A stretch of 54,348 nucleotides of DNA, counting the filler, from Sphacelaria rigidula (taxonomy: Eukaryota): the NCBI GenBank assembly GCA_964200075.2. It is 5 parts of 5 records of this genome, joined end to end, with 100 filler letters (N's around TTAATTAATTAA, not from the genome) between each part and the next. Parts side by side here need not be neighbours in the genome. Positions count along the whole stretch, not along the records: positions 43,561 to 54,348 come from CAXNAA020005909.1; 4 more parts are not named here. The stretch is one strand, 5' to 3'. The notes under the pieces are model-generated. The model searched no databases, was not told where the DNA came from, and saw only the letters and a list, made by a program, of their open reading frames with translations. Positions 47,004 through 54,348 of this stretch are shown piece by piece (position 1 is the first letter of the stretch; every line of letters starts with the position of its first letter). The translations under genes and the position numbers were made by a program.

Positions 47004-48704
47004 GTCATTTTTGAAAATGCCCTGTTTAAATCTTGACTCGTAGTTTGGAATCAAGCAGAAACCGGTATGATTCATGGTAACCGAACCACCTGAACAAATT
47101 ACTTTCAATCAGAAACGTGAAGCTTCAACTTATTCTAATGTATGCGCATCGGGGTCGTTGCAAGAGCCCGTAATTTTACCTTCAGTACGCCCATAATGAT
47201 CACTTAATTACTTAATGTCACTCTCCATTGATGGACTAAGTGTTGAGTTCGTTTTCGCTGTTGCTATTCCCAGCATGTTCAAACATAATGTGAACCAGGC
47301 TTCGCTAGAGGTGGGGCAGTAGAGTTAAGGGTCCCGAAGAAGAACGTTGTCGTACCCTGCTGCCGAAGGTTCTCCAGAGCGAGGCGTACTTCTCTCTCTT
47401 GTCATTTAGGCAAGGATCCAGCCGTGACCGATGGTAGGCAAGGAAAAGAAGTGAACGAGGTGGTACGGTAGTATCGGCTACGTTCCACCATGGTTCATGC
47501 GGTGGACCCGTTGTTTCGGGCTCTTATACCGGAGGCCCTGTTTGCCTAGGTTGCCCAAGGTCGAGTTTCACAGGTTTGTACGTTTCGGGCCCGCTGATGT
47601 ATGTCACTAACGGACCCGGTTCCTGAGACTGTTTCTTCCGCCTTACACGTGTATTTGGATGTTCATTACGCTCATACATATATGGTCTCCATAATAATGC
47701 TAGATTTGCTGCCCAATTTGAACGTATCCATCCGTCCGCGCAATACTCCAAGGGAGAAGCTTCGCATGACCCTTCACGCGCAAGGGGGTAGGAATGGCTG
47801 TTGAGATCTTTCGCATGGGATCGCACATTCATGTAGAACGTCGAAAGATTTCGTCCGAATATAGGTACGGATATGCAACGTTTATTTTGGAAGTAGGCAC
47901 CACTCTAGGATGCCCACATAGACATGCAACGAGAGCGTAAACGACCACCTAGAACATCTTACCCGCTAAGACCGGTTCATATCGTCGGCGTGTTCAACTG
48001 TTTTTAGGTCCCCGCTCATAAGCGAACTCAGCCCCAACCTTGACCCTGATTCTGACTCAAACGTGCACATACCTTGCGCGCTGGTGACCATGCATCTGCT
48101 TCATCTTAGATCGATAGAGGGTCGTGCAGTGTGCGCTGGCGTGGCGCATATCTGTGCCTGTTATGCGCTGATGCGCAGTGTAGACAGAGATCACACACAT
48201 CGATAGAGCTCGCTAAATGTTGTCGGCGTGGTCTGCTGTAGTATATAGGTTACCGATTCTAGCCAAAGCCAACCTCTACCATGACCCTGACCTAAAAGTG
48301 GTCATGAATTGCATTCTAGTAAACACATGAGGTGTAGCGTCCGCGGATAGAGCGCTGTCCAGCGTGCGCTGCCATGGCATGTGTATGTGGGCTAGTTTGC
48401 CGCATTGAAGCACAGTGTAGGGTTCAACAGTGGAGCAGGTATTTTCACAGTTGATTGCATTTGATATCTTTGGATGGATCTCGCTGATAGAATGTTTTGT
48501 AGTGGCACGGGAAGATAGTTTGTATGAATGCCACAGGTCAGCGCGACGAGGTCCCGGTTGAACATGTCCGATGGAGCTTCCGCGACAGTGGAGGACAGTG
48601 TCCTAATCCGGCCTGACGTTGAAGCTGGCATGTCGTCATCATTGGCGGTTGCAAGAGGGATGTCCTTATGCGAGATGGTCCCAGATGAGTATCCCATTAG
48701 GATA

Positions 48705-49879
48705 CGAGCTGGGCCAGCCAAGGAGAATATCTGTAGGTTACATACCCGTTTTCTCCTCAATTTTGAGAGCTGGGCTTTCGAATTTGGTATAAGCAGGGTA
48801 TACTGAAGCAAAACTCGTGCGACGAAAAGAGGTTTTCGTTTTTTCATGAGTCAAGGGCAAGAATGAAGATCCAGTTCCAGTATAATGTCCTTAACCCATG
48901 AAAAAAACAAAAATATTTTCGTTCCAGGATATTTGCTTCAGTACCCTGTTTATTCTCCACACTAATGCTAAAGTTCATAGCTCAAAATTGAGGTGAGAAT
49001 GGGCGATTTGGAACATGATCCGGTGGAATTTCGGACCAGTATCTTGCAGGCCATTCACCAGCCCAGCTTCGAAACTCTTGCTTCCAGAATATTGTGTGAG
49101 GATTCGCTAGGGCAAAATGAAGATAAACGAATGGGACGCATTGATATTTTGTCATGAGTTGAGGATTGGTGTAGTAAAGGCCGTGTTTCACGAGAACGCC
49201 CTCAACTCACCAACAAAGAAAGGACCAAAGACCCACGTTTTCCATTTTTGGTATGGCCTCGCAGTTCTCCATACTAACATATAGTCACAGTTCTTAAATT
49301 TGAGCTGAGAAACTGAGATACGGGCCAAACCCAATGTCCACTTTTTGTGAAACGCTCCCAAGTAATTAAAGATATATGAAAAAATGGAATGGATCTCAAG
49401 GAGGTAATCATTTCCTTCATCACGCCCCAGCGAGTCTCCATACCAAATATCGAATCACGAGTCTCAAACCAGTCTAGATTTAGTGCATTGGCACCTTTGC
49501 TCCTGATATATTGCGTTGAGTATGTAGTATTATGCGCGCCGTATCCCTAGATTGGTAATGAACTCGTTGAAGGTGAGGGTATCGATCGTTTCCCCGTGCT
49601 GCAGGGAATGTTCACAACAGAAAATCATCATCCGCTATGTTTTCGTTGGAAGTTTCATGTGAATTTGTGAATGGTCCCCATGTCCGTACGATATACTACA
49701 GGAATCACTCGACATGGCGTTTAAGGAACGAGAAAAAAGTGGCATAGGCGTTTGAGCACATGGTCAATTTTTCCCTTGTCTAGACGATCAATAATATGTG
49801 CGGATCGCGGCCCGATCCGTCTCTGTCGATGAGATATGGACGTGTGACATTGGATTCGTTTTCAGGCTGGCCCAGCTCG
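48705..49879. mobile_element. Non-autonomous Tc1/mariner-like element family D (1175 bp), full copy
   Basis: Perfect TIR CGAGCTGGGCCAGCC / GGCTGGCCCAGCTCG with TA on both sides (48703-48704, 49880-49881). No transposase ORF. Confidence 0.8.
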
Positions 49880-50079
49880 TATGATATTCCATATCAAAAT
49901 ATAATATGAAAGTTGATATTCCAAATAGATATGGTGTCCCTTCACCTAATATCGATCTGCTAAGTGGTATCCAAATGGGTGCACATCTGGGGTATGCACA
50001 TCTGGGATATGTACATCCAAGATAGAGATTGAACGATAAAGTAAGATCGTCGGGACATGTGGTGGTGCCTTTTGACCTT

Positions 50080-50412
50080 AGTTTGTGATGTTGTCCCATC
50101 TATTCTGGACGCCGGTCTACACCTTTCGGTATATGTGGGCGCATCAGCCGGAATCACACAGGAGGAAGGTCAACACAGGAGTTTTTTCTTCCTTCTTCTG
50201 CGGTTCTTGCCTTCGTTTTTTTCCATCACGGGAGGGGTTCAGCAGTCCCTTTCCCTCGTCGACCGTCAGATCGAATTTCGTGTACCCACGACATAGTCGC
50301 CCTCCACTGTCAGGCATGATGTGAGAAAAAATCTCAAATCGCTCCGAAATTTGATTTCACGACCCAACCGTCCGAAGGTTTCGAGGTTACCAACTAATCC
50401 ACCGGGGCGACC
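50080..50412 (-). mobile_element. tRNA-derived SINE, copy 2
   Basis: The reverse complement aligns along its length with 1206-1570 (e.g. GACGAGGGAAAGGGACTGCTGAAC, CCGGCTGATGCGCCCACA, TACCGAAAGGTGTAGAC). The B box is degraded. Confidence 0.8.
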
Positions 50413-51057
50413 AGTAAACTCATAACATGAGCTTCAGACTTCAGCGCCAACGAACGACTCACCCCGTCCCTTCCCAGCTCGACCGAAATATCTGACTGAT
50501 GTCGTCTTCGTCTGTGCTTTCGATAAGTCGCGTCTCGTGACCCTCTTTCGGCGCCCTCTTGCCTCTCTTGAACCTTTCCCAGACCTGCTACGGCGGCATT
50601 TTTGGTGTTGTCCTACGGCGGTGGCGTAAATATCGAGGTGAGGTTCTATCACGGGAGACGGACTGGGTACACGTTTCCTTAAATACATCACACCCTGAAC
50701 TGCACCATATGTTTCGATATCTTGCCGGCGTAATAAATATTGGGTCCCGTGGACTGCGCACGTATTGCGCGCCCAATACGTATTGGTGTAGTGGGGCTGC
50801 AAACATATCAGAGAGCTTCGGAAGATGTTTTTCTCATCGTAGAGTCAGAGTTCAGCGTGAAAACTTTGAAATTTCAGAGTCGACGATCAACATTTCATGG
50901 CGAAAGCTGATATGACGTGGCTGGACGTGACTGTTTTGTCGCAGTGATTGCCCGCAGGTTGCCCCGCCAAAATGTGATCGACCAGTGTCCCGTTAGGCTG
51001 AAGCTCCGTATTCGCGCATAACGTTCAGGTTAATTCGGGGTTTTTATGCTTGAGTAG

Positions 51058-51281
51058 CACACGCGGCCATTTGGCTACATCCAAAATCCCTCCAGGTGGG
51101 TGAACGTTTCGAGCCTCCAGAGGAACTCAACGCCTCCGGGGGGGGGGTGCGCGGCCCTCCGGATCGGTAGAGTTTGGTTTCCTCCAGAGGGATTGAAGGG
51201 ACTCTGGAGGCTTGTTTTCTCCCTGGAGCGCCGCGCATCCCTCCGGAGGCATTTTGGGGTGTAGCCAAATGGCCCCGTGTG
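51058..51281. mobile_element. 224-bp MITE with CAC...GTG termini and AG flanks (CACTA/CMC-like)
   Basis: TIR CACACGCGGCCATTTGGCTACATCCAAAAT / ATTTTGGGGTGTAGCCAAATGGCCCCGTGTG, AG on both sides, and internal CCTCC(A/G)GAG repeats in both orientations. Confidence 0.7.
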
Positions 51282-51869
51282 AGACCTTTTTATCGCAAAG
51301 CTTATTATTAACTTAATGTGCTTGAAACGCGCACGTACCGCGCCTAAAGTTGCGATAATTTTTATGCGCCCCCTGCAGCCAGCTGCCCGCAAGTGCTCCA
51401 TGTGGTGTGGCTCGTCACCAGACAGGCCGACAGGCTTCAGGCTTCAATACTTCAAACTTCCATGGTCGTATTTCGTGTTTCTATTTTGTCGCGGGTCTGA
51501 ATAGCAAAACGTTCCATGTATATCCTTCATACATAGTACTACGTTCTCAAAAATGTGACTGAGATTCGTACACTTGTACAGCGTACAATCGGTACCGGTA
51601 GTTAGACAAGATTCTTCAATATCGACTGACGATAGATGATGGGAGGGGGAGGTGGAAAATTGTACGTAGCTTGTAGCTTGTCGGGCGAGAGACCGAAGGC
51701 TGCAATGACTTGTGTCCAGAGGCTAAAATGCCCTAATACTGCTGTGTCATGTATCATAAGTGAAGTGGCATTTATTCGTTGTTTCCGCACGTGGGTTGGG
51801 ATGTAGGTACGCAGGTTGTGGCCTTCAATTTTAATGACTGCGGCTGCTCCTTATAACATACAAAAAAAA

Positions 51870-52281
51870 AAAACTGGAAAAGTGCCCTGTTGGTGAATCT
51901 ACGTCGTTTTACGCCCTACAAAAGAGCTAGGCGGAGTTTGACGCCTTGGAGTGACCTGCTCTACTCGTTGAGATGCTTTCACGACATCTTCCCGTTCTCC
52001 CGTGGCCGCACTTTTTCATTTTAGCCAAACAAGTTTTTTTGTCCCAGAACGGTCAAGAACGGTCAAATCTAGGAACAATCACCATTTTTCTCTGAAGTTG
52101 ACCGTTTTCCGACAAAAAATCTTGTTTGGCCAAAACAAAACTGCGGCCACTGGAAAACGGGAAGATATCCTGAAGCCGCCTCAACTAGCAGAGCTAGTCA
52201 TTCCAAGGTGTCAAACTCTGCCTAGCTCTTTTTTACGGCGTAAAACGACGTAAAACCTCCAAGGCACTGTTCCAGATTTTT
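51870..52281. mobile_element. Foldback element (~180-bp inverted arms, ~50-bp loop)
   Basis: TACGTCGTTTTACGCC...GAGCTAGGCGGAGTTTGACGCCTTGGA pairs with TCCAAGGTGTCAAACTCTGCCTAGCTC...GGCGTAAAACGACGTA, and pairing continues inward to AACGGTCAA/TTGACCGTT. The outer limits are fuzzy. Confidence 0.75.
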
Positions 52282-53584
52282 AATTCTTGTCTGTCATGGG
52301 GCGTGGCCTGAAGAAGAAAATCAGTTATTAATATAAATAAACATCAAAACTTCGAATTCCCAACGTGTCGTCTTGTCGTCATGCTACAAGGCGCGCCCCG
52401 TCAGGAGATACTGCCAAAGCGCCATATCGAGGACGGGATTAAGGCGCATGAAGCGCACCTAATTTGTGTTGAAATGAAAGCTTGAGGTGGGACTTGAAAA
52501 AAAAACAAAAACTTATAAAGGAATAGGCGACGCTTAATTTCAAGGAAAAAATCGCGCATACGGAACTAAAGCGTACGTCCACTTCGAAAATTCACAGGCC
52601 GGCACAGCACTGACTGTACCGTACCCTGCGGCACCGTACCGACCGTAGACTACGCTCCACCGCACCTGCAGTAGTACTTCAATCCACTATGGCGCACCAC
52701 GGGGCACTGTAGTGCTGTAGTGCTGTGCAGTGTGGAGTACAGGCGGTGCAGTACACAGAGTGCAATGCAGAACCCTACAACAGTGCATTGCGATACGGTG
52801 AACTACAGTACAGCGATACCGTACAGGCAGTTGTACAGTAGTACAGTACGCAGCACCTTCAAACAACCGACAAGGCCGCATTGCGATGATTCTCCAACAT
52901 GCCATCCACAACGGTGGTGCGAGCCGCCATGCTCTTTAACGGAGTGGCAATGCAGCCAGTTGTAGTACTGCTTGTGCGCTGTAGACTACGAAACGTTCAC
53001 ACCGTCTTCCTCCAGCTGAGGCTGGCAAGAGTGAGGAACTGCACCCAAGGCAACGTCGTGTACCCGCCGAGCACTTGAATTTTCACGCAACACAACCAAG
53101 CGACTGGTACCATGGCGGCGTCAGGGAGGCCTTCTGATCGTGATTCCAAGCTTTTCTACTTCATGAATGGCGCATTGTGATGAGTATGGCAGTCGTGATG
53201 AATGTCCCACTTTGCTTGTCAGGGTGTATTGGATTTGGACTGGCTGTGACCATGGTGGTGAAAGTGGGCGTGATTCGTTTTCGTTCCGCTATGGACTCTG
53301 AAGAGGAACAACGATTTTCAGAGTGAAGAGGAACAAACGGCACTCTGATGCTGAAACAAAACGCTCTCAAAACAAATCAGAGTGGAATGTGCACCGTTAT
53401 CGACTATTTTTCCTACCGCTCTGACTCTAAGATGGGAAGAACACGATTTCCGAAACTCGCTATTTCCAGAGAGTTTCGAAAAACAAAAACAAAAAACAGA
53501 AACACTCGGGGGTAGTCATCGTTTGAACGAATTTTAGTAAGAAGACGCAATTTATTCCTGATTGTTTGGCTGAAAAAACTGTTT

Positions 53585-54240
53585 TCCGATACTCTATATT
53601 GCCCGCTGCATATATATTGGTACTGTGGGATTGCACACATATTATTCCATCAATATATATTCGGGCAGTGTGGGCGAAGACATATTGCACGACCAATAAA
53701 TATTAGGGTCGCATATAGTAACATATCAGACCCTTGACAAAACAATATGCAACATGAGTTGCCCGCTCAATATGTCAAGGCGTCGGGTTGTCAATATATA
53801 TTGCGCGAAGAACATGATGGCACGAGAGAGGGTCAATATATATTGTGCCATCGATATGTCAAGTCTCGCGACACGCAATATATATCGACCGAACAACATA
53901 TCACAACACACGTCATCTCAATGTATATTGGCCGAGTATCATGTTGGTGAGGTAGGGCACTGATATATATATATATATATATATATATTTGTCGAGTAAT
54001 ATATTGGCTGCCACACGAGTTCAATATATATATATATACTGATGATTCAATCTATACTCGACACCCGAAGCGCCAATATAATTTGCCGCCCCAATATGTC
54101 GTGCGTCAATGCGTCCAATGTATATTGGACGGACGATACCCGAGGGGAGGAACGGTCACAATACATATTGGTGTCGCAATATATATGTATATATGTATAT
54201 ACACACTGATTTTCAACTGTATATTGGAAAGTGTATTGGA
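53585..54240. repeat. Degenerate AT-rich repeat built from CAATATAT/ATATATTG motifs and (TA)n
   Basis: Many recurrences of TATATTG and its complement CAATATA at short, irregular spacing. Confidence 0.7.
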
Positions 54241-54348
54241 ATCAGTATGATGGGCAATTCCATGTTCGCGGGCGCCATTCAAGGATGTATACCCACATAA
54301 CAGGGTTGCCAGAAAAATGAGAACGTATTTTGAAATGAGAATCAACCG

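Noticed and set aside
53585..54240. CRISPR-like repeat-spacer array
   Set aside because: The repeats are short, inexact, in both orientations and irregularly spaced.

Overview
Eukaryotic, repeat-rich DNA that is most likely from a brown alga (Phaeophyceae). The inference rests on an EsV-1-7 Cys-repeat protein, an Ectocarpus-type multi-TM 'polymorphic outer membrane protein-like' gene, an Ectocarpus-type LINE RT and long GT-AG introns. The window is not one locus. It is five scaffolds of 10791, 10790, 10790, 10789 and 10788 bp (1-10791, 10892-21681, 21782-32571, 32672-43460, 43561-54348), in descending length order and joined by artificial 100-bp N44-TTAATTAATTAA-N44 spacers. Supportable gene pieces: a KH-domain RNA-binding protein with a long Gly/Met/His/Gln-rich N-terminus (2 exons), an EsV-1-7 repeat exon, the membrane-spanning 3' part of a large surface-protein gene (2 exons), and one isolated exon. 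The rest is mostly mobile DNA: a dead LINE RT, a probable Ty1/copia remnant with LTR, a tRNA-derived SINE (2 copies), LINE/SINE 3' tails, and several non-autonomous DNA-transposon families. These include mariner-like and piggyBac-like elements, a Sola-like element nested in another MITE, CAC-ended elements, long foldback elements and a ~350-bp tandem array. I see no convincing new multi-gene system. The best leads are the EsV-1-7 repeat exon, the IDR-KH protein, the nested Sola-like insertion, the hairpin-forming MITEs and the satellite array.
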